Shown: positions 17,310 to 25,999 of the stretch, piece by piece | Numbering within the stretch: position 1 is the stretch's first letter | Layout: every line of letters starts with the position of its first letter | Assembly: GCF_000020025.1 (NCBI RefSeq) | Contig: NC_010628.1 | Coordinates: 6,960,001 to 6,992,000, forward strand | Reading direction: 5' to 3' | From: Nostoc punctiforme PCC 73102 | Lineage (GTDB): Bacteria; Cyanobacteriota; Cyanobacteriia; Cyanobacteriales; Nostocaceae | DNA: 32,000 nucleotides | Position numbers and translations under genes: made by a program | Notes under the pieces: model-generated | Told to the model about the DNA's origin: nothing | What the model saw: only the letters and a program-made list of their open reading frames with translations | Databases searched by the model: none

Positions 17310-17499
17310 TGTTAAGTTAGGTTACAGCGTCTTTTACTCTTATTTTGACGCGATCGCGCCTCCTTGAGCAAGTTAATGAAAAAACCCGTTGATTGGTAGG
17401 GATTTCAACGGGGTTAAATAATGCAGTTATTTTTTCAGAGAAACCAATACTAAACTTTATTACAGAGCTACTAGAAACTGCTGCACATAATAGTAACTA

Positions 17500-17688
17500 T
17501 TAATGAGTTTTAGGAGCTATATTTTTAGCATGATGTTTGTGATGTTTGTGGTATTTTACGTGTTTAATTTTACTAGATTTTGTGGCAGCAACATGGTGGA
17601 TAGTTTTCGCTTGAGCTTGAGATGCAAAAGCGGTTACAGGCGCAGCAAAAATTAAAGCCAAAAGTAAAGCTTTAGCGAACTTATTCAC
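17500..17688 (-). CDS. Small secreted His/Lys-rich peptide (62 aa)
   Basis: A GTG start lies 9 nt after a GAGGA ribosome-binding site. The signal peptide is MNKFAKALLLALIFAAPVTAFASQAQA. The mature part is KTIHHVAATKSSKIKHVKYHKHHKHHAKNIAPKTH. Confidence 0.55.
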   Translation of the reverse strand: MNKFAKALLLALIFAAPVTAFASQAQAKTIHHVAATKSSKIKHVKYHKHHKHHAKNIAPKTH

Positions 17689-17879
17689 TTGAAATTCCTC
17701 ATCAACTAATCAACAATCTAACTATCCAATAGGTATATGTCATGAGTTTGTAATTGATATGAATCTTTCATGTCTATTTTTACAACCGTAAAATATCGTA
17801 ATTATAGAGAATACTTGGCTAATCAGAGTTGGTGGTATTTCAAAGTTAGATGTAACATTTTGCTCTGTGCAAACTTTGA

Positions 17880-18638
17880 TTAAGAAATGCTGAGAGCCAT
17901 CAATTCTTCTGTTATGTCAAAGTTAGCTGTGACATTTTGCACGTCATCCAAGCCTTCTAGAGTATCAATTAACTTGAAAAGCGATCGTGCCTGATCTGGA
18001 TCGGTAACTTCTACACTATTACTAGGAATCCAGCGAAATTCGGCATCAGTTACCTTAAAGCCTTGATTTTTGAGCGTCTGACTAAGGGCTTCTAAATTGC
18101 CAATATCAGTAAAAACTTCAGCCATCTCATCTTCAGTCATCTCATAAGATTCAGCACCGCCTTCGAGGGATGCTTCTAAAAGCTGTTCTTCGTCAATCAC
18201 ACCCTGTACTACACAAACGCCTTTTTGATCGAACATCCAGCTAACGCAACCTGTTTCACCAAGATTGCCACCATTTTTACTAAAAGCTACACGCAAGTCA
18301 GCAGCAGTGCGATTGCGATTATCTGTGAAGGCTTCGATTAAAATCGCTACACCACCAGGGCCATAGCCTTCGTAGCGAATTGCCTCAAAGATAGCGTTAT
18401 CACCGCCAAAAGTGCCTGCCCCTTTAGCGATCGCTCGTTCAATATTATCATTGGGGATACTCGCTGCTTTTGCCTTGTCAATTGCCGTGCGAAGTTGAAA
18501 ATTCAGCGCCGGATCTGGTACGCCGCTTCTAGCCGCCACAATAATCGCCCGCGATAACTGAGTAAAGGTTTTCCCCTTTTTTGCATCTACTACCGCTTTT
18601 TGGCGCTTAATATTTGCCCATTTACTGTGTCCTGCCAT
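17880..18638 (-). CDS. yebC: YebC/PmpR family DNA-binding transcriptional regulator
   Basis: The N-terminus [25 protein letters not shown] and the 252-aa length are diagnostic of the family. Confidence 0.92.
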   Translation of the reverse strand: MAGHSKWANIKRQKAVVDAKKGKTFTQLSRAIIVAARSGVPDPALNFQLRTAIDKAKAASIPNDNIERAIAKGAGTFGGDNAIFEAIRYEGYGPGGVAILIEAFTDNRNRTAADLRVAFSKNGGNLGETGCVSWMFDQKGVCVVQGVIDEEQLLEASLEGGAESYEMTEDEMAEVFTDIGNLEALSQTLKNQGFKVTDAEFRWIPSNSVEVTDPDQARSLFKLIDTLEGLDDVQNVTANFDITEELMALSIS

Positions 18639-18785
18639 AATCTGAAATTATCAAAACTCTATTCAAGATTAGGATATAAACGCTTGCAAAAACCATGACT
18701 TAAGATAATTGTGCAACTCTACATCAAAGTGGCAAAGTTATGTTGAAGCAGCTACGAGAATCGATCAATCATTTTAATCAACATC

Positions 18786-20132
18786 ATGCACAATTTTTTT
18801 TCGCCTCCTCGCTATGCCAAGCGAAAAAGAAAGAGACTATCAAATTATCTTAGGAAATTACTCTTTGTATTATTCGTAGGCATAATAGCTTTAGTTGGAT
18901 GTCAAAGTATTCTACCTGTTATTAAGGAACATAAAGTAATTCATTTAACCCTGTGGCAAGGTGTAAATCCGCCGCCAAATCGGGATGTGCTGCAAAAACT
19001 AGTAGACAAATTCAATCAATCCCACCCAGATATTCAAGTAGAGTCGCTTTATGTTGGGCAACAGGATCAACAAACGCCCAAGATTTTAGCAGCAGTGGTA
19101 GGAAATGCACCTCCAGATTTATTGTGGTACAATCCGACGATCGCAGGTCAATTGGTAGAACTCAATGCGCTTTTACCTTTGGATGAACTGCTGGATAAAT
19201 CTCCAATCAAAGCCGAAATTGACCCCGCTTTATATGGATCGATGAAATACAACGGTAAAATTTGGTCCGTGCCCTTTGCTACAAATAATGTTGGTATTTT
19301 TTACCGTCCGAGTTTGTTTAAGGCAGCAGGAATTACTGAATTACCCAGGACTTGGCAGGAGTTTGCACAAGTTGCCAAGAAATTAACTCGTGATACCAAT
19401 GGTGATGGACGAATCGATCAATATGGGATGTTTCTACCTTTGGGAAAGGGAGAATTTACAGTGTTCACCTGGTTGCCGTTTATGTGGAGTGGAGGTGGTG
19501 AGTTAGTGAGTGGTGATTCACAGAATGCAGCAGCAGTAAATTTGCAAAACAATCAAGGCGCGATCGCAGCTTTGCAATTCTGGCGTGATTTAATTACGAA
19601 AGGTTCCGCGATTTTATCTGGCCCAGAACGGGGTTATGAGACAGATGACTTGCTCAGTGGTAAAGTTGCAATGCAATTAAATGGCCCTTGGACTCTGGGG
19701 CAATTTCAAGAGACTGGTGTCGATTTTGATGTTTTTCCAATTCCTGTTGGACAAAAACCTGCTACTGTTATTGGTGGTGAGAATCTCTTCTTTTTCAAAA
19801 CTACACCGAAACGTGAAAAAGCAGCTTTTAAGTTTGTCGAATATGCTTTGAGTGAAGAATTTCAGACAGAATTAGCATTGGGAACTGGTTATTTACCAGT
19901 GAATTTGAAGTCTCGTGAAAGTCCAAAATATCAAGATTTTATCAAAAAAATACCACAGGTAAAGGTATTTTTAGACCAAGCTAAATATGGGCGATCGCGT
20001 CCCATATTTCCTGGTTACAATCGAATTTCTGACAGTGTAGGTCGGGCGATTGAATCTGTGCTGTTGGGTAAAAGTTCGCCAGCAGAATCACTCAAAGCAA
20101 CACAGCAACGTTTGGATTTGATTTTCAAGTGA
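18786..20132 (+). CDS. ABC transporter substrate-binding lipoprotein (family 1 extracellular solute-binding, sugar type)
   Basis: A lipobox LVGC follows the hydrophobic segment. Typical sugar-binding-protein motifs are present (WSVPFATNNVGIFYR, GPWTLGQF, GGENLFF). Confidence 0.85.
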   Translation: MHNFFSPPRYAKRKRKRLSNYLRKLLFVLFVGIIALVGCQSILPVIKEHKVIHLTLWQGVNPPPNRDVLQKLVDKFNQSHPDIQVESLYVGQQDQQTPKILAAVVGNAPPDLLWYNPTIAGQLVELNALLPLDELLDKSPIKAEIDPALYGSMKYNGKIWSVPFATNNVGIFYRPSLFKAAGITELPRTWQEFAQVAKKLTRDTNGDGRIDQYGMFLPLGKGEFTVFTWLPFMWSGGGELVSGDSQNAAAVNLQNNQGAIAALQFWRDLITKGSAILSGPERGYETDDLLSGKVAMQLNGPWTLGQFQETGVDFDVFPIPVGQKPATVIGGENLFFFKTTPKREKAAFKFVEYALSEEFQTELALGTGYLPVNLKSRESPKYQDFIKKIPQVKVFLDQAKYGRSRPIFPGYNRISDSVGRAIESVLLGKSSPAESLKATQQRLDLIFK

Positions 20133-20297
20133 TTAAAGCGCGTAGTTTACCGCCATAAGCATCGCATCCCGTTTAAATCAATATGTTTAGGTTAATATCA
20201 TTGCTTTGTGAGGCTGCACCAAATTTTCTTTCTTTGTGTCCTTTGCGGTTCGTTCCTCATATATTCATACAGGATTGGTATAAGTCTTAACTCTTTT

Positions 20298-20412
20298 AGG
20301 ACTTACGCAAGAGTTACGGAATAACGTAGACGCTTCGGCTTGCCGCAGGCTACCACAGAGGCGCAGAGGACACGGAGAAATAAGAGTTTGAGAGATATTT
20401 TGCGTAAGTCCT
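20298..20412. repeat. MITE-like element, same family as 9561-9708 in the opposite orientation
   Basis: It has perfect 13-bp terminal inverted repeats, AGGACTTACGCAA and TTGCGTAAGTCCT. The internal CGTAGACGCTTCGGCTTGCCGCAGGCTACCAC is the reverse complement of the core at 9644-9677. Further related repeat debris extends to about 20640. Confidence 0.7.
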
Positions 20413-20661
20413 ATCTTGATCAAAGTCAATTTTTTTTAACGTAGACGCAAAGCGGTGAGCCAGTCCGGTGGACGGGTTCCCCGGCATAAAGGAACTGGCG
20501 TTAGCGTAGCGGTAGCGATAGCGCAGCGTTAGCGTACTCTTACGGAGAAGCGAGCTACGCGCAGCGTCTCGTAGAGAGGAACGAGCGTCACCCGTAGAGC
20601 TTGCCGCAGGCTACTGCAAAGAAAGAGAAGGAAGAAATGCTCAACTGAACTGTATTGCCGT

Positions 20662-22233
20662 TTAAATTACAAATGGTTCAAGTTCGCGGTTATACCATTC
20701 ATCTTCAATCCGTTCAGTAACCAACGGTCTAATGATAAACTTAGGCGGGCTACCATCCAGAACATCAATCCGCACACATGAGTAAGGTAGGCGATTCTGA
20801 AAAGTGCGATCGTGACGACCCACAAAAAGCGTTGAATCGGCAACTTTCCGAGTGGGTTTACCTGCAATTTCCGTAAAAGTCTCCATTAATTCAGTCCCCT
20901 TTCGCCTTTGATAGCGGGGACGATGACCACTACCACCAGAGATAATGCAGTTAATGTGAGAGTCAGCAAATCCGGTATCAGTTGTACGAAGATGCTCCAA
21001 ACAGTGAGCGTGACCATTTAAAATCAAATCGACTATGGGACGTTCTTTAATTAGAGAACCAAGATTTTCTGCCACTTGTTCAAACACCCAGCGCAAGCGA
21101 TGGCGAACTGCCAAGGTTTGTGCTTGATTCCATTTAGTAGCTTCTGTGACGTAGGGAGGATGGTGGAAAAAGATTACGCGTCCGCGCACTTCGGAGGTGT
21201 TCCAAGATTCAATTAGTCTGCTTCGCAACCATTCAAGTTGTTCAAAATCGATCGCAGGCATTTTATGAGATGCCAATTGTTTTTCAATATCGATTTTGAT
21301 CTCGTTTATTTGGTCTAGTTTGGCGCTAAGTTCATCAAGTTGTTCAGCTTCGGCGGGTTTATCCGGGTTGAGGCGATCGCATATTCCCAAAATCTGCAAT
21401 TCTTCTCGATCTATTTCCTGGCGACGCTTTTGCAATTCCCGGCGATAAATTTTCCCCTCTTCAGTTGCAGGTAAAGGTGATGGTGTATTAAAGGTATTAG
21501 AATCCAGTGCGAAAAAGTCAATCCCGCCATAACGAAAGGTGTAATAGCGATTGGGTAAGCGGGTAAATTGTCCGGGTTCGTAACGCAAACACCGCCCTGT
21601 ATCGGTCTTAGCAGTGTAGTGTCGATCTAAATGACGTTCTAACTCTTGTGGGGAAGCGATCGCCTGCGTATAGTCCATAAATGCCCGCGCATAAGCATTT
21701 CCTTGATACGATCCATGCCAGCCAATCTCGATATCTTTGTAGCGGAACAAGCGACGTAATGAAGATGTTGTACCAGTAACCAAACGGTACATCAACGGCA
21801 CATCGTAATAATCATGATTACCTGGCACTGGCAAGAATGGCATATTAAATACCATGCGGTCATAAGGAATGCTTTTCGGCTTGTCACCACCTACAATAAA
21901 TTCCCGGTAAGGCTCAATAAAGTTTGTTGAATAATATTCTTGGGAACCAACCACATAGATTACATCACCTGTGTGCAACACAAAACTGCAATCATCCCGG
22001 TGAGGAAGCATCAATTCGGCAACTTTTCGTTGGGGGTGATGGCGAGAATGGGATTTGGTGCCGGAATCACCAATAACCATAAAGGAAAATTCTGGACTAT
22101 CTTCCCTGCGATCGTCAATAACCATGCTGGTTTGGTCAATTCCCCGTTGCACAAAACTTGGATGCATCCACCGCACCCGTTCCTTCATCTTTTGAATTTT
22201 TACAGGAATCGGTGGATCGGAAATCAATTTCAT
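20662..22233 (-). CDS. Calcineurin-like metallophosphoesterase with an inserted coiled-coil segment
   Basis: The ordered phosphoesterase motifs are VIGDSG, HTGDVIY, PGNHDYYD, FFHHPPY and NGHAHCLEH. Confidence 0.85.
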   Translation of the reverse strand: MKLISDPPIPVKIQKMKERVRWMHPSFVQRGIDQTSMVIDDRREDSPEFSFMVIGDSGTKSHSRHHPQRKVAELMLPHRDDCSFVLHTGDVIYVVGSQEYYSTNFIEPYREFIVGGDKPKSIPYDRMVFNMPFLPVPGNHDYYDVPLMYRLVTGTTSSLRRLFRYKDIEIGWHGSYQGNAYARAFMDYTQAIASPQELERHLDRHYTAKTDTGRCLRYEPGQFTRLPNRYYTFRYGGIDFFALDSNTFNTPSPLPATEEGKIYRRELQKRRQEIDREELQILGICDRLNPDKPAEAEQLDELSAKLDQINEIKIDIEKQLASHKMPAIDFEQLEWLRSRLIESWNTSEVRGRVIFFHHPPYVTEATKWNQAQTLAVRHRLRWVFEQVAENLGSLIKERPIVDLILNGHAHCLEHLRTTDTGFADSHINCIISGGSGHRPRYQRRKGTELMETFTEIAGKPTRKVADSTLFVGRHDRTFQNRLPYSCVRIDVLDGSPPKFIIRPLVTERIEDEWYNRELEPFVI

Positions 22234-22404
22234 GGCTGATAACTCTTGAATGCTTAACGCACAAGCTGATTGTAACGAAATAATAAGGATTTTATTTGAA
22301 ATTAGGATTTACGCACTCAAAATCTAAAACCCCCTTAAAAAGCTTGGGTCTTTATCTTGTGCGATCGCAAAAGTATATGCTACTATCAATATTCGTGTGG
22401 TTAA

Positions 22405-22478
<74 letters not shown>

Positions 22479-22485
22479 TTTTTTT

Positions 22486-22600
22486 TGTACAGTGACTAAT
22501 TATTTGTCGTCGGTGACAGATTAATGTCGTTGGGACTAATTAACTGTCGTCGGGACGAATTGATGTCGTTTAGGTGCCAGTGACAGATTAATGTCATTTA
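22486..22600 (+). mobile_element. Transposon end: terminal TGTACAG plus five ~20-bp TnsB-binding-type direct repeats
   Basis: The terminus is TGTACAG at 22486-22492. The repeats are GTGACTAATTATTTGTCGTCGG (22492-22513), TGACAGATTAATGTCGTTGGG (22514-22534), GACTAATTAACTGTCGTCGG (22534-22553), GACGAATTGATGTCGTTTAGG (22554-22574) and TGACAGATTAATGTCATTTA (22581-22600). From memory this closely resembles the ShCAST donor end that I believe is called LE. Confidence 0.85.
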
Positions 22601-22621
22601 TTTACAGAGACTATAGCGATA

Positions 22622-22653
22622 ATGTCAACGTAGCGCTCTCTTTCAACCCTCCC
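22622..22653 (-). ncRNA. Delocalised short (homing) crRNA: truncated repeat GGGAGGGTTGAAAG plus tRNA-Val-matching spacer
   Basis: On the minus strand, a 14-nt truncated repeat (22653-22640) is followed by AGAGCGCTACGTTGACAT (22639-22622). That spacer is identical to 22426-22443 in the tRNA, and the match ends after 18 nt. Confidence 0.8.
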
Positions 22654-22664
22654 TAATAAAAATT

Positions 22665-23554
22665 ATGATAACCCACCTAGTACCTGGCAGGTTATTAAAA
22701 CATTTTTGTATGCGTGCGTAATGATTTCAGATTTGCCTTTCAACCCACCCAGTACCTGGAGGGTTGTTGCCACCAGGAGGCATCTAGAGGAATCCGATGG
22801 ATGGTTCTTTCAACCCACCCAGTACCTGGAGGGTTGTTGCCACACCATTAATCGCCATCCGCCAGATAGAATCCAATCTTTCAACCCACCCAGTACCTGG
22901 AGGGTTGTTGCCACATTCAAGATTATTTGGGGCATCGGAATATTAATCACTTTCAACCCACCCAGTACCTGGAGGGTTGTTGCCACGCAGAGCTTCTTCC
23001 CGGATGTTTTGAAGTTCGCCCTTTCAACCCACCCAGTACCTGGAGGGTTGTTGCCACACCAGGATTACCAATACACTCAGCAGTAAAACAACTTTCAACC
23101 CACCCAGTACCTGGAGGGTTGTTGCCACCGGTAAGCTTATTCTCATCAAAAGTGACATCCTCTTTCAACCCACCCAGTACCTGGAGGGTTGTTGCCACGG
23201 ACGTAACGAAAAAGGTATTCGCGAAAAGTTCTGCTTTCAACCCACCCAGTACCTGGAGGGTTGTTGCCACTATTAAGTGCTGTAGCAAATTCAGGTAATC
23301 TATCCTTTCAACCCACCCAGTACCTGGAGGGTTGTTGCCACTTCCGCACCGTTGTGGAACATGCCGTCGTTACTCTTTCAACCCACCCAGTACCTGGAGG
23401 GTTGTTGCCACATTAGGAGTGCAATGCCAGCGAAATACACACATTGGCTTTCAACCCACCCAGTACCTGGAGGGTTGTTGCCACATCCCATCGCATCTGC
23501 TATCCCCTGAGTAGCGCCTTTCAACCCACCCAGTACCTGGAGGGTTGTTGCCAC
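22665..23554 (-). CRISPR. Type V-K CRISPR array: 12 identical 37-nt repeats, 11 spacers of 33-36 nt, plus one more spacer and a degenerate terminal repeat
   Basis: The repeat on the transcribed minus strand is GTGGCAACAACCCTCCAGGTACTGGGTGGGTTGAAAG. Plus-strand repeat starts are 22737, 22807, 22878, 22950, 23021, 23092, 23162, 23234, 23305, 23375, 23448 and 23518, each 37 nt with no mismatches. The degenerate repeat is at 22665-22701 (ATGATAACCCACCTAGTACCTGGCAGGTTATTAAAAC). The leader is on the cas12k side, right of 23554. Confidence 0.95.
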
Positions 23555-23744
23555 CCACTCAGTTTCAAAATATTGTAGGGCAACTTTTCTAGATTTCCTC
23601 AGCGCGTATGTTTCCCAATTTCCTATTTGAGCCTCAGTCACAAGAATCATATCTGTATGGAAAAACGATAAATTCAGACGGGGCAAGGTATTTGGAACTT
23701 GCGCGAAACTCTTAGAAATTTTGCCTTGATTTTAGTCCTTCAAA

Positions 23745-23974
23745 TGAAGAATTGGGGAGGGTTCCCCCTTGATCGGGGGTGATTCAGTAGCCACTACAGC
23801 AGTACATCCGCGCCCTTATTGCTGGGAGCGCACCTATCCTGTCATAAAGACAGCAGCATCAGGGTGAGCAGCTACTAGGGTCAGAAAGCAAGACTATATT
23901 GCTACAGTCAAACTAACCCTCATTTAACACAGTTCAGAGGCTGCAAGCAGCATGAATTGCGGCGCTATTAATAT
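23745..23974 (-). ncRNA. tracrRNA of the Cas12k system (ends approximate)
   Basis: The minus strand from 23974 reads ATATTAATAGCGCCGCAATTCATGCTGCTTGCAGCCTCTGAA...GGATAGGTGCGCTCCCAGCAATAAGGGCGCGGATGTACTGCTGTAGTGGCTACTGAATCACCCCCGATCAAGGGGGAACCCTCC. From memory this is almost collinear with the ShCAST sgRNA scaffold. The 3' AACCCTCCC is complementary to the repeat 3' part. TTGACA-like -35 boxes lie on the minus strand at 23980-23985 and 23998-24003. Confidence 0.8.
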
Positions 23975-23999
23975 TCTATTGTCAAGGTTCAGATATTTG

Positions 24000-25919
24000 T
24001 CAACTTCGCCTAGCTAGCCGATCATGGTAAGCAGAAAGTGCTAATTCCTTTGCTTGTTCATGAGGGCTACCTCTAACAGGTTGTTTTCCCTCTTCAATCA
24101 CAATTCCTGCCTGACTACCTTTACTTTGAATACTCTGTATTAATCTGCCATAGCTCCACTTGTGAACATTAACTCGGTATTGTTTGGCGTATTTTTGCTG
24201 AACTTCTACGGAGCCTGGACATTTTGCTTCGGCTATAGCTTGAATTTCACTTTGAACAATCTCTCGCATATCCCCTAGCTTAGGCAAAACTATATTGCCA
24301 GCTTTATAGGTTTGTGCGATCGCAATAATTTCTTTAGCCAATAATCTGTCTACATACTGCCCTAACTCAGATGTACCAAATTGATTGGGAGAGAAGCTTT
24401 TTTGTGCTTTGTGGCGTTCGTGGGATGATGATCGCTGTTGTCGTCTTTGCCGATTCAGAAGTTCGTAATTGTCGCCAAGTAACTGGCGGATACTCCGGTA
24501 AGCTAGAACTTTACCTGCGATCGCATCTACTACAGCTACGGTGGCAGGTTTTTCTAGTCCCAGGCTTACTCCAACCAAAATGTGTGATTGACCTTGGTAA
24601 AGGGGTTGACTAGGACGCTCAAAGCTATTATTCATTCGATTAAGCGTTGATTCTTTACGTTGAATAAAAGCTTTCTGTGTATCCTTTAGGTCACTTTTTT
24701 CTTTCATCTTCGTGATGAGTTTGCTAATTTCTTCTGCTTTCTCTTGGCGAACCTGTTCTGTTCCGTCAGCAGTCCATAGGCGATTGTCAACACAGCAGTA
24801 GAGGTTCAATCGGTTAAGGTTCCAAGGTTCGCTCTTACCCTCTCCTTCTTGCCAAACTAGGTGACCATTTCTGAGAGTGAATAAGCCACTAGAATACTGG
24901 CTTTTACTTTGGCGTTTAGTTTGTTGATCTTCTAGGAAACGTTGAAACCAGTGAAGTTGGCGATTGTCGCAGTATACCTCAAAGCTAAGATCGCTCAATC
25001 CATTGAAGTGAACACACAGCCTACCTTTTTGATTCTTTGACCAAACCATATCCTCGTTCGTTTCAAAAACAAGGGGGAATGGAAGAGAACTTGGTCGAGT
25101 TAATAGAATATCCTGCCAGCGCTTGGCTTCGGCGTTATCTTCAGGAAAGGTGGTTGTAGCAGTGAAGAGTGTCTCTAACCATTTACGATTGGTCAAATCT
25201 CGACCTTTAGGCATCCGACTTATTAACTTTTCGGTAAGCCTTTGAATTTGGATTTCAACTTGACGACGACGTTTAGCAAATTTTTCTGAATCTTCTTCTT
25301 TATCGCTAAGTTTGCAGCCATTTTTCAATAAGTAGCTGATGGCGCTGCGGCTAAGGATGTCTTCTGTCTCTTGGTAAGCTTCAAATAATTTATTGGATAA
25401 ACTGCGGTCAGAACTAGATGACGAGGATTTTTTAGCCTCCTTGCCCTTTTTTGTTTTGGGTTGAGAGCTATCTGAGTCAGATGTTGGCATAGCTTTTGCC
25501 AAAATTTCAGAGGCTTTGGTACGAATAGCCCCCATACTAGAACCGCTAGTTTCCACAAGTTCAACATCACTGTTGAGCATTTCTAGCCAGCGCATTTTGC
25601 CGTCTAGCTGTTGCTGTAGACGTTTTTGTATAGCCAGCCAAGACTTGTAGATGTAGTCCACAATATGAATCGCCGACATATATAAACGGCTAGGTTGACC
25701 TACAAAGCGAGGGTCAGTCTTGAGAGGTTGGCACAGTTGACTAACAACAGTTGTTGGAAGCTTACCTTGTTGTCGCCAATTCTCGAAGTCTGGGTGTTTA
25801 CCAAGTTGTTCAATTAGTTCATTAATTAAGGGTGTGTTTAAAGTTGCCATCAATTTCCACAGTTTTTGGCGGGTTGATTCACTGGCAATAAGACGGCACT
25901 GGATAGTAATCTGACTCAT
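24000..25919 (-). CDS. cas12k: Cas12k (type V-K effector, naturally nuclease-deficient)
   Basis: The ORF is 639 aa. From memory, MSQITIQCRLIASESTRQKLWKLMATLNTPLINELIEQLGKHPDFENWRQQGKLPTTVVSQLCQPLKTDPRF... is nearly identical to the ShCas12k N-terminus. RuvC-like motifs carry substitutions at catalytic positions: GVSLGLEKP where active enzymes have an Asp, and IVLPKLGDM where they have a Glu. The gene is adjacent to the tracrRNA and array. Confidence 0.93.
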   Translation of the reverse strand: MSQITIQCRLIASESTRQKLWKLMATLNTPLINELIEQLGKHPDFENWRQQGKLPTTVVSQLCQPLKTDPRFVGQPSRLYMSAIHIVDYIYKSWLAIQKRLQQQLDGKMRWLEMLNSDVELVETSGSSMGAIRTKASEILAKAMPTSDSDSSQPKTKKGKEAKKSSSSSSDRSLSNKLFEAYQETEDILSRSAISYLLKNGCKLSDKEEDSEKFAKRRRQVEIQIQRLTEKLISRMPKGRDLTNRKWLETLFTATTTFPEDNAEAKRWQDILLTRPSSLPFPLVFETNEDMVWSKNQKGRLCVHFNGLSDLSFEVYCDNRQLHWFQRFLEDQQTKRQSKSQYSSGLFTLRNGHLVWQEGEGKSEPWNLNRLNLYCCVDNRLWTADGTEQVRQEKAEEISKLITKMKEKSDLKDTQKAFIQRKESTLNRMNNSFERPSQPLYQGQSHILVGVSLGLEKPATVAVVDAIAGKVLAYRSIRQLLGDNYELLNRQRRQQRSSSHERHKAQKSFSPNQFGTSELGQYVDRLLAKEIIAIAQTYKAGNIVLPKLGDMREIVQSEIQAIAEAKCPGSVEVQQKYAKQYRVNVHKWSYGRLIQSIQSKGSQAGIVIEEGKQPVRGSPHEQAKELALSAYHDRLARRS

Positions 25920-25938
25920 AAAAATAAAATATCATATA

Positions 25939-25953
25939 AATACACTATGTATT
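25939..25953. promoter_or_regulatory. Perfect 6-3-6 palindrome AATACA-CTA-TGTATT in the cas12k/cvkR divergent promoter; candidate CvkR operator
   Basis: The palindrome was read directly. It lies 20 bp upstream of the cas12k ATG and 47 bp upstream of the cvkR ATG at 26000. It resembles the ACA..TGT inverted-repeat operator reported for CvkR, which is a recollection. Confidence 0.55.
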
Positions 25954-25999
25954 CTTAAAAAAATTAAATTTAAAAAGTTGCTTCTGTAGGATGATTTCT

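Noticed and set aside
22665-23554. Orphan CRISPR array of a type I or III system, since no cas1, cas2 or nuclease genes are nearby
   Set aside because: The 37-nt repeat ending GTTGAAAG, the adjacent long tracrRNA and cas12k assign the array to type V-K. Lack of adaptation genes is the norm for that type.
22706-23686. Five predicted ORFs (22706-23086, 22927-23298, 22953-23288, 23332-23514, 23378-23686) with repeated FNPPSTWRVVAT or ATTLQVLGGLK motifs
   Set aside because: They are translations of the 37-nt CRISPR repeat in different frames and strands. The repeated peptide motif has the same period as the repeat, so there is no independent coding signal.
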